Below are positions 44,622-64,000 of a stretch of DNA of 64,000 bases, piece after piece. The notes below the pieces were generated by a model that was not told the DNA's origin, made no database searches, and saw only the letters and a list, made by a program, of their open reading frames with translations. The stretch is from Macrostomum lignano (taxonomy: Eukaryota): NCBI GenBank assembly GCA_002269645.1, contig NIVC01001341.1, forward strand, positions 65,096-129,095. The letters are read 5' to 3'. Within the stretch, counting starts at the first letter, position 1, and each line of letters starts with the position of its first letter. The position numbers and the translations under genes are program-made.

Positions 44622-44868
44622 GCATCAGCAGCAGCAGCATCATCAAGCTGAAGCTTCGCCAGCAAAGCACCGAGAGGAACCGCAGTCGGCAGCGACTTCA
44701 AACGGTTCATCAGCATCAGCAGCAACATCTTCGCCACTACCGAAGGACCCCGTTGGCAACTTGAGTCTGGAAGAGATGAGAGCAAAGATTGGTAACAATC
44801 GGAGAACTCAAGTGAAAATGAATCCGTCATCATTCTCAGAGAAGTACAGCGTTTTTCAGGCTCTGTGA
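40313..44868 (+). CDS. NHERF1-like: NHERF/EBP50-like single-PDZ scaffold protein with C-terminal ERM-binding-like tail
   Basis: Exons 40313-40517, 41078-41298, 41501-41680, 44572-44868 with consistent phases. [47 protein letters not shown] is NHERF PDZ-like; C-terminus [11 protein letters not shown]...[12 protein letters not shown]. Confidence 0.85.
43083..43285. repeat. 20-bp minisatellite GGTGGGCGCCCCTGTCTCTT (same family as 1947-2385)
   Basis: About 10 units. Confidence 0.95.
43905..44537. repeat. 38-bp (2x19) minisatellite GAGTGGACACCCCAGTAAGAAGCGGACACCCCAATAAT
   Basis: Direct inspection; ends about 35 nt before the last NHERF-like exon. Confidence 0.95.
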
Positions 44869-44974
44869 CTCACTGGTGGTAGGAGTTGTCGCCTTATTGA
44901 CAGTGTGCGAACGGGACACTGAACGAGAAATTCTAATACTGCATATATTCATGAGTACTTCATCAAACGAGGCT

Positions 44975-45690
44975 CTGACATCCCTTTTAATGAGGCTCTG
45001 AAACCCCATTTAATGAGGCTCTGACACCTCATTAAATCAGGCTCTGACAACCATTTAATAAGGCTCTGACACCCCCATTTAATTAGGCTCTGACAACCAT
45101 TTAATTAGGCTCTGACACCCCATTTAATGAGGCTTTGACACCCCATTTAATGAGGCCCTGACACCTCATTAAATCAGGCTCTGACAACCATTTAATAAGG
45201 CTCTGACACCCCCATTTAATTAGGCTCTGACAACCATTTAATTAGGCTCTGACACCCCATTTAATGAGGCTTTGACACCCCATTTAATGAGGCCCTGACA
45301 CCTCATTAAATCAGGCTCTGACAACCATTTAATGAGGCTCTGACAACCCCTTTTAAGGAGGCTCAGAGCCTTATTAAATGAGGCTCTGACACCCCATTTA
45401 ATGAGGCCCTGACACCATATTAAATGAGGCTCTGACACCCCATTTAATAAGGCTCTGACACCTCATTAAATCAGGCTCTGACAACCATTAAATTAGGCTC
45501 TGACACCATATTAAATGAGGCTCTGACACCCCATTTAATAAGGCTCTGACACCTCAATAAATCAGGCTCTGACAACCATTTAATAAGGCTCTGACAACCC
45601 TTTATAAGGAGGCTCTGACACCATTTAATGAGGCTGTGACACCCCATTCAATAAGGCTCTGACAACCCTTTTAAGGAGGCTCTGACACCT
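44975..45690. repeat. 21-23-bp composite minisatellite AATGAGGCTCTGACACCCCATTT
   Basis: Direct inspection. Confidence 0.93.
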
Positions 45691-47051
45691 CACTTTGGCC
45701 GCCCTTGTACCTCATCTACGAGTCGGACATTCACTGACACTTATCTCAGTGCCTCCTGACATTGTAGTTGATGAACTGACTCATAGAGATACTGTTTGAG
45801 TTTACCATAATTGCAGTGCCACTTTGCTAAAAAATTATAATTTCAAAGTTTGCCTTCTGGCACCAGTGTTTTGCAGTGTCATTAAGTTGTGTTTTTTAAA
45901 TTGGAACTGAAAACTAATTCTTAGCGCTAATCGTGTTTTAATCGATACCGTGCCTCACAAAGTATTTATTCAAATCTGCTTTATTATGATAATATTCGCC
46001 TTTTATTAATTATGTAATTAGTCAAATTCATTTTTCATTCACCAGCAAATCGATATTCACAGTTGCAAAGCTTTATCACAATATTAACTTGAATCTCAAT
46101 CTAATTTACAGGAGTTTTTCTTTTTTAAACAAAATTCAGATTCTGTGTGTTAACTTTTACGTAACGAACTACTGCTGGTCTTATTTGGGCAGTAGTTTTC
46201 ACTGAATAAAATATTTATTTGCAATCCTTAACTGGTCAGCACTTTTCGCTTTTGTTCACAGTTAAAACTATGAACTAATTACAACATTTTTAGCTTCTAG
46301 CAGCTAAATTAGCGAAAAACACTGTTTTACTACTGAAAAAAGTGTGTAGCAAGTAGAACAGTTTGAGTTTTGTTTTCCTTTTTCGTGTGCGCCTGTATAA
46401 CCGCTTATCATTTACTATTTAATCTCGTAATTATAAAAGAAGTGCAATGCGTGAAACTGCAAACCATCCGATTCAAATTTATTAAAATCCACATTTGATG
46501 CTGTGTCTTTTTGAGAATTATTTGTTTAGAATTGAGAATGGGTATACGGGATACATGTAATTATTTAACGCAAGCGACAACCAAGTAGTAAAATATAGTA
46601 GAAAAAATACTGTACTGTTTAATACTGTATTTATATCAACTTCACGATAGCAACATAAAAAAAAACAAATCTGAAGCAAAAATCCTAAACATTTTCTTAA
46701 TGAAATTTTGTCTATGGTAAGAGTGTGGGGGCTTCGCCCCCATACCCCCAGCAGGGGCTTCGCCCCCACACCCCATCACCAACTTAACCATAGACATACA
46801 AGTATGGCTCCGGGATTTCGGCTCTCAGGATTTAAATAAATACAACCCTAAAAACCATGCATATCTTCTACTTATTAGAAGAGCAGTAGTACGTACCTTA
46901 CACTCTTAACTACCATTCCTTATTCAAGTCAAGGACCACTAAAAGTTACCGTTGTATCTTTGCTGCAACGATAACTTCTATAGTAGTCCTTGCCTTTATT
47001 CTTACTACGATTACGACTCGTATTTGATTGCATCCTCACAAAGAACCCGCG

Positions 47052-49712
47052 CTACCAATCAATGGTTGCATCAGCCCTCTCTTCGTCCTGATGAAAATCG
47101 AACGATAAATCCTCGTCAGGATGAGCGGCAGTCCACTCCGCCGCGGCAAGTTCGAAATCAGCGTTTAACGACTCAGCGTCCGCCTCGTCTCTGTCTCTGT
47201 CGTCGTCAAGCTCAACGTCGTAGCCGATTGCGGCTCCGCTGTCCACTAGTGCGTCCAGGTTTTCCAGTTCGCGCTCCAAAATAACGCCGGCAAGCGCCAG
47301 TCGGTCCGGTGCCTGCTCGGGGTCGATTTTTTCCTCCTGCACCGTCGAACGTCCGCTGCTCAACGTCACGTCGTCCTCATCTAATTGCTGACGTTGGCGA
47401 GCTTCAGAGTCGAGTAGAATCACCGTGGCAACTTCGACGTCGCGAAGGGCCATGCTGCGCGACAGTTCGACTAGTTGCGGAGCTTCTTCCGGTTCTCGAC
47501 GCGGAGGTCGCCTGTAAGCTGATTCCGCCACCACTGCCACCGCCGGCTCCTCTTGAACTGTCCGTGGGGACGAGGTGGAAGAAGTCGAGGTCCGACCGGC
47601 GGCAACGTCGGACGCGGCGCCTCTTAGGTAGGCGACCAGCTCTCGGTCCTCGTCTTCCTCGGTATTCAACAGCATTCTTGTTGCCGCTGTTTCTGGTATT
47701 GAAGATGGTTGTTGATCTGTAGGATATCGATTGGTCTATCTGTCTTATAGTGTCTGTCTGTCTGTCTGTCTGTGTGTTCATTTTATTTTATTTTATTATC
47801 TTTCTATTCTGACAACAACATGAAAGTTAAATAGTTAAATAATTGACAAAAATTCCTACCTTCAAACTTGTCTTTGCGCGAATGGCTATTATTTTTATAA
47901 CTCGGCTTCCTCGAAGGAGCCTGAACTGGGTGATTAGGCAGACTCTCCCAAACATTCCGGGCCTCCTCTATCCAACACGTCAGTTCCGCTGCCGCACTGG
48001 CCTCTGCACAGTCGTATTGAGTGCAACAATCTGTGACAGGTCTCAGCTCCGACGGCGGAGGCATATCCGACACCACGTCCTGCTCTTCCAGCTCGTAGAA
48101 GTCGAAAACTCGCTCTACTTTTCCCCTGGCAACAGACAGCGGAGGCTGGTCGGACAGAAACGAGGAAAATACTGCTATTGCTTTTTCTTCGTCTATCATC
48201 ACTTCAACGTCATTTTCAGTGTCTGACTCAGAGGAGTCGTCCTCAAAATGGGAGTCTTCACTGGACCCTGGCACTGTCGTCAGTCTGACGTTAGGAGTCC
48301 AGATCCATTCGTCTTCCTCAATGGCAGCATTGGAGTGCAGGCCGCAGAGCCGATCAAACAACAGCTGCGGCTGCGGCTCTTCTGCAATCGTGCTGGCTGT
48401 CTGAGCCGGCTTCTGCTTTTTGCGTCGTTTGCGTCGATCGAGAATGGAGAAGTGGCTGTCCCGATCCTCTGGAGGTGGCGGAGCCGCCCACAGTTTTCGG
48501 GAGTGTCTCTGCTGCTGAATGGGTTCCTTCTGCTCAGGAGCTAGGCTGACAGCGCCGCTAGCCGAAGATGGACCTTCGGCTACGTCAACTGATTGTCGAT
48601 TGCGGTGACGACGAAGAACAACATCCGCGGCGCTGGTTTGAACGACGGTTTTACCGTCGGACGGACTCACGGATGGGCCAGGGACCACGGGTCCGGTGTG
48701 AGCGAACTCAACCACGAGCGGATAGTCGCTAGCCAAGCTGAGCAGTTCGCTCACTTCCTTGGGGTGAGCACTAGCGCCAGCCGCTTTGATGTTGACATAG
48801 ATGCCGAGGATTCGATCGCCTGAAGTGTTCATGGATTTTATGTACTGTAGCTTGTGCAGTCCCGAGTCTAAACTACCTTAGTATCTTCTATCGTTGACCT
48901 ACCTTCGCTGACTCCGTCTCTGGAGCAGCGAGATCCGGCGCCAGGACTCGTGGCAACCAGTATTTCGCCTTCGCTATTTCGACAGACTTTGAAGCGTAAG
49001 TCATCCGGTGCGTTGACTTTTACTCCGATAGTGTGCTGGAATAAGCAGTTTAGTGTTATTTTCAGTCTTTAATAACTCAAGATGACGACCGAGAATACAT
49101 GAAAAACAATTTTTTCTTAGAGCTGTGGGCTTTCTGGCGAAACGTTTTTCTCCGTCAGGCACGTACTCATACACACGCTCACACAGGGTGTACAGCGGCC
49201 CTGACTTTCTATCATCAGGCATGTACACTCTCTGTGCTTTACGTTCGTTTAGGTGCTCAAGGGCAAAGTACGTGCCAACAGAGTTGAAAATCAACTCACA
49301 GAGTCATTTTGGCCTTTTTTACTATGATGCTTTTGCGTCGGCGCTCTTGCTGCTACCAGTGTCCCAGTGCCTTCCTCCGCGAATCGAATATTCTGACTTT
49401 GGCTCTCGAATTGGTTCTCGTAGTTATTGGCAATCGTGGTATGGTTACCTGCTGATTAAGGTGTGAATTATGGAAATCCTGCAGGTTAACTGCAAATACT
49501 GCATCAATCTATCCCTAGAATTAAAGTATCAAACATGGCTTACCCACTCTGCCGCCAGTGATACCGTGCCTTGGCCTCCATCGCTTGGCCAGAAGACAGA
49601 TCACAATGGCGGTAATGCAGGCGCATGCTAAGACAGTCAGTCCCACTGACATACCAACAGCTGCCGCAACTGACAGAGGCTGACCGGACTCTGTGGACAT
49701 GTCCCCGACCAC
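47052..49712 (-). CDS. Single-pass membrane protein with divergent cytoplasmic PDZ-like domain and long acidic tail (5' exons unresolved)
   Basis: Minus-strand exons 49712-49544 (TM AAAVGMSVGLTVLACACITAIVICLLA + KRWRPR), 49448-49300, 49035-48903, 48819-47860, 47716-47052; all GT-AG and phase-consistent. Splicing creates LRFKV..EILVA..PGAGS..GVSEGDRILGI..EVSELL..PLVVEF. Confidence 0.7.
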
Positions 49713-52406
49713 CTGTCGACTAGAACTGCCAACTAAACTTTTCGAAGCAAAGGCTGAGGGCGAAATGCGCCAGGATACTCTACTCTTACTGGCCCATTGT
49801 CGGGGTCATGCTGGGGTTATATGGACAAGTGCTCGTATCAACGCAATGCAAGAGAGAAAGAAAAACACAGTGAATGCATTTAGTCGAAATTCTGTCCCAA
49901 CTCTCTGAACAGCTTCATTCAGACCTCATACGAACGTATTTGACAAGCGCAAATTGCCAAGAGATGCACAGCACAATAAGGCGTATGGCCTGACCACCTG
50001 CCCAATGTGACTAAACAATTCTAGTAGCTCAGTTTGTCCGCCCAGTTTTGTCTCTCTCTCTCTCTCTCCCTCCCTCACTCTGCCTACTGTATAGCTCTTC
50101 AAATTCCACACACTTCTATCGACATTGGGTCTTGACTGTTGCGTTCTTGATAATTCAATTCTCTCTAGCTTCATTGGTAGGAATTCTTGGAATTTCTCGC
50201 TCTCAACTCATTGTATTTACCGCAATATCTTTTTCATCTGTTTATGGTTTTCTAGATCTATTGATGAAAATGTGTAGCTAGTTTTTGTAAACTGCCGAAG
50301 GTTGAGCAAGAAGTCTGATGTACATTCTGAGGGAGTATACTCTAAAGGGCTTAACACTTCAAGTTATTCTCAGGGCCAAAATTTGGTTTCCATTTAAACC
50401 TTGTAAACCACAGAATACGAGTACACCAGTCGGCTCAATCGACCCCCTCTGCTTCATGACGTGCTACCCCTGGGACCCTGAGCTCACAAAGTTTACCATA
50501 GACAACTAAAGGATTTTCAGTATCCAATCGGTGCGAACGGACGAGCAATCCATGGTTGCATATCCTGCAACTATTTGAATTTAGCACGCAAAAGCGATGA
50601 TGGCTGAGATGCTAGCAGCATCTTATTTGCCCGGCAAAAAGCTGAACTTGAGCCGGAGAAAACTTCTGTAAGGAAATGAAGAACCGTATAAATCATAACT
50701 ATGGTTATTCAACCAAGCAGAGCACAGGAAGTGCAGAGTCGTGTTGTGTTTTCACTGTATTTGTATGGGCTTTCTGGTTAATAATAGATTGTAGGGTAGC
50801 ATTGCAGCATGTTTCGCCAGCAAGTTTTCCATGTTTCTTTTCCAGATGTGACGCTCAGACTAATCAATGTCAGAAAAACCGGATCATTCGAAATTCGAAG
50901 TGATGATTAATGCTCCTGTGCCACACATTTTGGCGACAATGCAACATCGAATAATTGACTCAAAAATCAATGATCAGCGAAAAAAAGCCAATTTTTTATC
51001 CTATGCACCTTGATTCGGATATTAAGTACGCAGGTCATAAAACACGTTCACTGATTGTCATGCTCTCAAGCTGTTATAATTGAATTTCTGTTAACCGACA
51101 TACTTAAACAGGGAGCATTAGAAATGAGAACGACTCAACTCTGAATATACACTTTCTAAGAAGAATAATACTCAGTTCGCTGCCCTGACCTGCTTGAGGG
51201 GAAGAGAGCGAACTTGGGATAGACACTATAGCAGCCATAGTGTAGGAGAGCCAGCTTGATGGGAACCGCTCAAAGCCAAGTCAGTCAGAAGTGGATTTCC
51301 CTCAGCTGTCCAAGGAGGAGCGATAGCGGAAGAGACGGCCATGCGATAGCTAGCTAGCTGCAGTAGTGTTAGTCTAGAGCTGAACTTTCAGGCGTGCAGG
51401 ATGAAAGCGCTCTCGCCATGGATATGGCATTAACTCTTGTGTATATATATTACATGCTTAATGAGCCGCAATGTCAATCGCTAACTCCGCTTTCACGCCT
51501 TGTTAGATGCGAAGTGGTGTGGTGGGGGGGGGTGCAGAGTTATCTTCTCAAAATAATTTTCTTATATTCGCCTTTCTATAAGCTTAGTTGACACACTTAG
51601 CACGTCCGCAATGCCGAGATTCTCGCCAACACATCTGGATATGCAATTAGATTTTTGATTTTTATTTCGTGTGCGCGACATATGCTTTGAGTCTTTAGCA
51701 AGACAGTCTTTTTTAAGTGTCTTCCTCCTCGGTTACAAGTCAGAAGCATGCAGCCCTACAAGGTCACTTGCTAAATACAATTAACGCAAGGTCAATATTA
51801 TATTTTAAAGTATTTTTTAAGTGAAAACCTTTTTAGTTTAAGGGCAAGATAAAGAATCTAACGCAATACTTGCTCGCCAGAGAGGAGAAAAGAAGATGGG
51901 GAATACTAGTAGAGAAGAAAGGGGAAGAGAGAAGAGAGAGAGGGTAGATAAGGGGGAGGGGTGAGAGGGAGAGGGGGAATAGTCCTTAAACCCTAAGGCA
52001 ATGGTGTGGTAACGCAGATATTTTAGCGAAATGCCGATATTTCGAATATTTGATATTATAAGAAAAGAGAGGGGAAAGGTGGGTAGAGAGGAGAGAGGAG
52101 AGAGGGGAGAGAGCTGGAAACGGAGGGTAAAGAGGAGAGAGCTAAGATGGGAGATGACAGAGGAGAGGATAAAAAAAGAGAAGAGAGCTGAGAAGAGACA
52201 CAAACCTTAAGCGGGCCGGTTTGCTATTGTGAAGTTCAAAGAACCCGAGGGTTGGATAGAGAGGCTTCGCGGGCCGCATGTGGTCGGAGACATTGTGGTA
52301 GCTCTTGGAGATTTATTTATAGGGTTTCCAATAGGGAAGCAAGCGTTAAAAAACAACAATTATTAGCCCTGTACAAGCTTCAATCTAAATCAGTTCGGAT
52401 TAAAAC

Positions 52407-53999
52407 TTAAGCTTGAGTTTCAGCTGAAAACGAGCCAAATCCTTCGCGCTTGGGGGTGGTCATCAGCCTGCTCGCTCCGCTGCTGCCGGCGATCCCGCCG
52501 CTGGCAGCGCCGCCGATGACGCCGCCACCGGCACCGCCGCCGCCACTCCGTCGTTTCGAGCAGAAGCCGGGAACTGGTCTGGCCCGCCACAGTCGAACAA
52601 TCAACGCTTTGAAGGCTCGCCGGTAATCAGCGGAGAAAAACGCGTAGATGAAGGGGTTTAAAGCGCTGTTCAGGTAGCCGAGCCAGAAGCAGAAGTCGAA
52701 AACTCGGGGCGGCACGCAGCCCGGACAGGCTGCACCGGACAGGTAGACAGAGAAGAAAGGCGCCCAGCAACCAACAAAGGCTACGCAGATGATCGCCAGC
52801 ATGCGGGCCGCTTTGAGCTCCCGACCGTAACGAGCCGAGAAAAGCGGAGCTCCCGTCTGCCCTTCGCCACCGCCGCTGCCACCTCCGCCGCCTCTGTGCA
52901 CCCGGAGCTCTCCGTATTGCCTGCGAGCCTGCACAGTGACCGTTCCCATGCGTCCAGCTCGCAAGGTGCGATGCACCACGCTACAGATCTTAGCGTACAA
53001 ATAAGTCACCACTAGAAATGGGATGAAGAACGAACCAAGCGCTGAGTAGACAATGTATCCTCGTTCACTCTGAGCAATGGTGCATGTTGGACCCAGGCGA
53101 AGACATCCGGTTGGCTTATCACTGGTGACCCCGATGTACCATTGTCAGCGTCATTTTCTAGCTCGTGCTGATTAGACGCGGAACCAGCCAGTAGGGTGGG
53201 CAGGCTGATGGCGCTGGCCAGAATCCACACGCCGGCAACCATGCCTCGAGCTCGGCGTCTATTCATCAACTTTGGATACTTCAACGGATGGCACAAGCTG
53301 AGGTAGCGGTCAAGACTGATGATCACTAGGTTGAGAATGGAGGCTGTGCAGGTCCAGACATCGGTAGCTAGCCAGATCTGGCACCATCGGCTGCCGAACA
53401 CCCAGTGCTTGAGCAGCAGCTGGTGCACAGTTGAGAACGGTAGCACTGCAGCGCCAAGTAGAAGGTCGCTTAAAGCCAGGCTCACTACAAAGGTGCTGGT
53501 CAGCGCGTTTTGCAGCTTAGCCGATGTACAAGCGGCCAGAACAACCAACGTATTGCCTAGCACAACAATCAGATTAATGGTTACTAGGCATATCGCTAGC
53601 AGGATAAAGCTGCCAGACTGCAGATAGGACCAGGTGAGGCAGGTCACGGTTGACAGAAGGGTTGACGGCGTTGTCTGCAAATCGTATAGAAAGACACAAA
53701 ATAAAGAAAATTTATAAGTACTTTCTTTTGGCATCAATATCCGATCCGAGGAAATCAATAAACTTTCTTAGGTACACTTGACAGACCGGACTTGGATGAT
53801 GTATCGATTCGGGGGGAATTCTTTTTGAACTAGTGTTCCTTGAACCTGCCGGTAGATTGTGTAAAATCTAACGCGACTTAATTAACGTTCATACATTGAT
53901 AAAGTTAAATCAATTCCTTTTTTAACTTACCAGCAGCCAGTGACCCAAATTGTCGATATCGCTGAAATTGGATGCTCCAATCACTTTTAGATTGTCCAT
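52407..53999 (-). CDS. Biogenic amine GPCR, alpha-adrenergic-like octopamine receptor (OAMB/Oct-alpha1R)-like
   Basis: Exon 53999-53931 (MDNLKVIGASNFSD...) plus 53674-52407. TM3 DVWTCTASILNL, DRY, TM5 GYIVYSALGSFFIP, TM6 ELKAARMLAII..CWAPFF, NPFIY. One missing G at about 53130 splits the ORF. Confidence 0.88.
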
Positions 54000-54254
54000 T
54001 TTTTGTGCTTTTTATGTGAACTTATGTGTTGTTTTAATTGTCTCAGCGTTCATGCGGCACTCTCTTTCTCTCTGTCAACTTTGTTACCGGCTATTATTAT
54101 AACAATTCCCCGCCCCAAGGTATGGCTGCTGTAGGTCCTTAAAATGGCGTTACCCACCAATAGGAATCCAACTTGTTCTCTAGCGAAATCTTCAAGACAC
54201 AATCAGCTTTGAGCTCGTGGACTTTTCACAGAAAAGTTGTAGGCCGAATTTTTC

Positions 54255-54580
54255 ATTTGATGAGGCGCCATGCTATCTGATGAGGTGTCAGCTTATTTGA
54301 TGAGGTGCCAGGTTATTTGATGAGGCGCTATGTTATTTGATGAGGCGCCATGTTATCTGATGAGGCGCCATGTTATTTGATGAGGCGCCATGTTATCTGA
54401 TGAGGCGCCATGTCATTTCATGAAGCGTCATGTCATCTGATGAGGAGCCAGGTTATCTGATGAGGCGCCATGTCATTTCATGAAGCGCCATGTCATCTGA
54501 TGAGGAGCCAGGTTATTTGATAATTTGATGAGGCGCCAGCTTGCTTGATGAGGTGCTATTGACTTTGATGAGGCGCCATG
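54255..54580. repeat. 20-bp minisatellite TTTGATGAGGCGCCATGTTA
   Basis: Direct inspection. Confidence 0.92.
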
Positions 54581-54863
54581 CCATTTGAAGAGGCTTTAGT
54601 TTGAGGGGCTTTAGTAACAGCGGTAATATTTTTTGATTGGTACATTTATACGAATAGCACAGATTAAGTCTCAACGGAGGTTTAATAATTACAGTCAAAA
54701 TTCCTTAAAGCACGTGCAATACTACTTTTTAGAAGAGAGTAGAACAATCATTCCAGATAAATTGGCACAAAAACTGAGAAAAATATTCCGAAAAAAACTT
54801 GAACGCCTCTTTTCATGGTCAATTTATTCAAGCTATACTGAGTTTGCCCTTTCTATTTGGGTT

Positions 54864-55787
<924 letters not shown>

Positions 55788-56261
55788 TGCAACCACCCTC
55801 GTCATCAGCCAGCAGCCGAAGCCAATGAGATCAAGTTCCTGTCACATGGCATGCCATTGGGTGCTCATAGCAGATAGCTGGCCAGAGGTTATTGCTAAAG
55901 CGCTCGCACAGATTTACTTCACACTACAAGTCAAATCTGCTACGTGTCGACCAGCCTCGCTTCTGCTCTGCATCGTGCTGCCAGTGCGTTCATTTTTAGC
56001 GACAGAATTATCTACAAGCAAATGAACAATATACAAAAATGAGGTGCTCCAACGGAACCCTGTTATTTATCACTGTGATTTGGAAATTTTTTTGTTTGAT
56101 CGCTTGGCTTCGTAAGTTCCTTTTAATGATGCTTAGCGATTTTTCGATTAGTAACTTTGAGCTCGCATTTAGTTTGTCAGGAGCATAAAACAGTCTAGTT
56201 GTACTCCTCTCGAAGAGAGCCTCCACTTTTCATGTCTTTGCTGCTTTGCTGTGTACCTGAT

Positions 56262-56570
<309 letters not shown>

Positions 56571-56632
56571 TCAATGACAGATCTAAGACAGTCAAGACTT
56601 GCAGTTTTGTAACCTATTAATTACCTCCCCAG

Positions 56633-64000
<7,368 letters not shown>

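Noticed and set aside
48845-48876. 32-nt intron alternative for the TM-PDZ gene
   Set aside because: Frame-compatible, but the 83-nt intron has stronger sites and restores the contiguous EGDRIL PDZ motif.
52407-53758. GPCR as a pseudogene or two separate ORFs
   Set aside because: A single missing G in a G-run joins the two ORFs into an intact 7TM receptor.
55825-56260. Candidate signal-peptide exon 1 for nAChR-2
   Set aside because: Hydrophobic stretches exist, but none combines an ATG with a convincing phase-1 donor.

Overview
Eukaryotic (animal) genomic DNA, very rich in micro/minisatellites. The repeat style and gene content suggest an invertebrate, possibly a free-living flatworm such as Macrostomum; this is inference only. 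Contents: (1) a complete alpha7/Dalpha5-7/ACR-16-like nicotinic acetylcholine receptor alpha gene (+, 4955-24353, about 561 aa) with three tandemly duplicated, frame-preserving exon pairs (45, 195 and 87 nt; loop D, loop C+M1, M2 pore) that look like a mutually exclusive splicing system, the top finding; (2) a 13.1-kb nested transposon stack: a CCCAG-ended DNA element containing a tRNA-SINE split by a MITE, plus a young 9.9-kb Ty3/Gypsy LTR retrotransposon with a tRNA-Leu PBS, a -1 frameshift signal, a long RNaseH-integrase spacer and an unexplained third ORF; (3) a NHERF/EBP50-like PDZ gene (+); (4) a minus-strand single-pass membrane protein with an apparent cytoplasmic PDZ domain; (5) an OAMB-like amine GPCR (-); (6) a second, alpha9/10-like nAChR alpha gene (+) running off the window. 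Several 1-nt indels in short homopolymers across unrelated genes look like assembly errors rather than pseudogenisation. All exon models were read by eye from splice signals and phase arithmetic, without transcript data.
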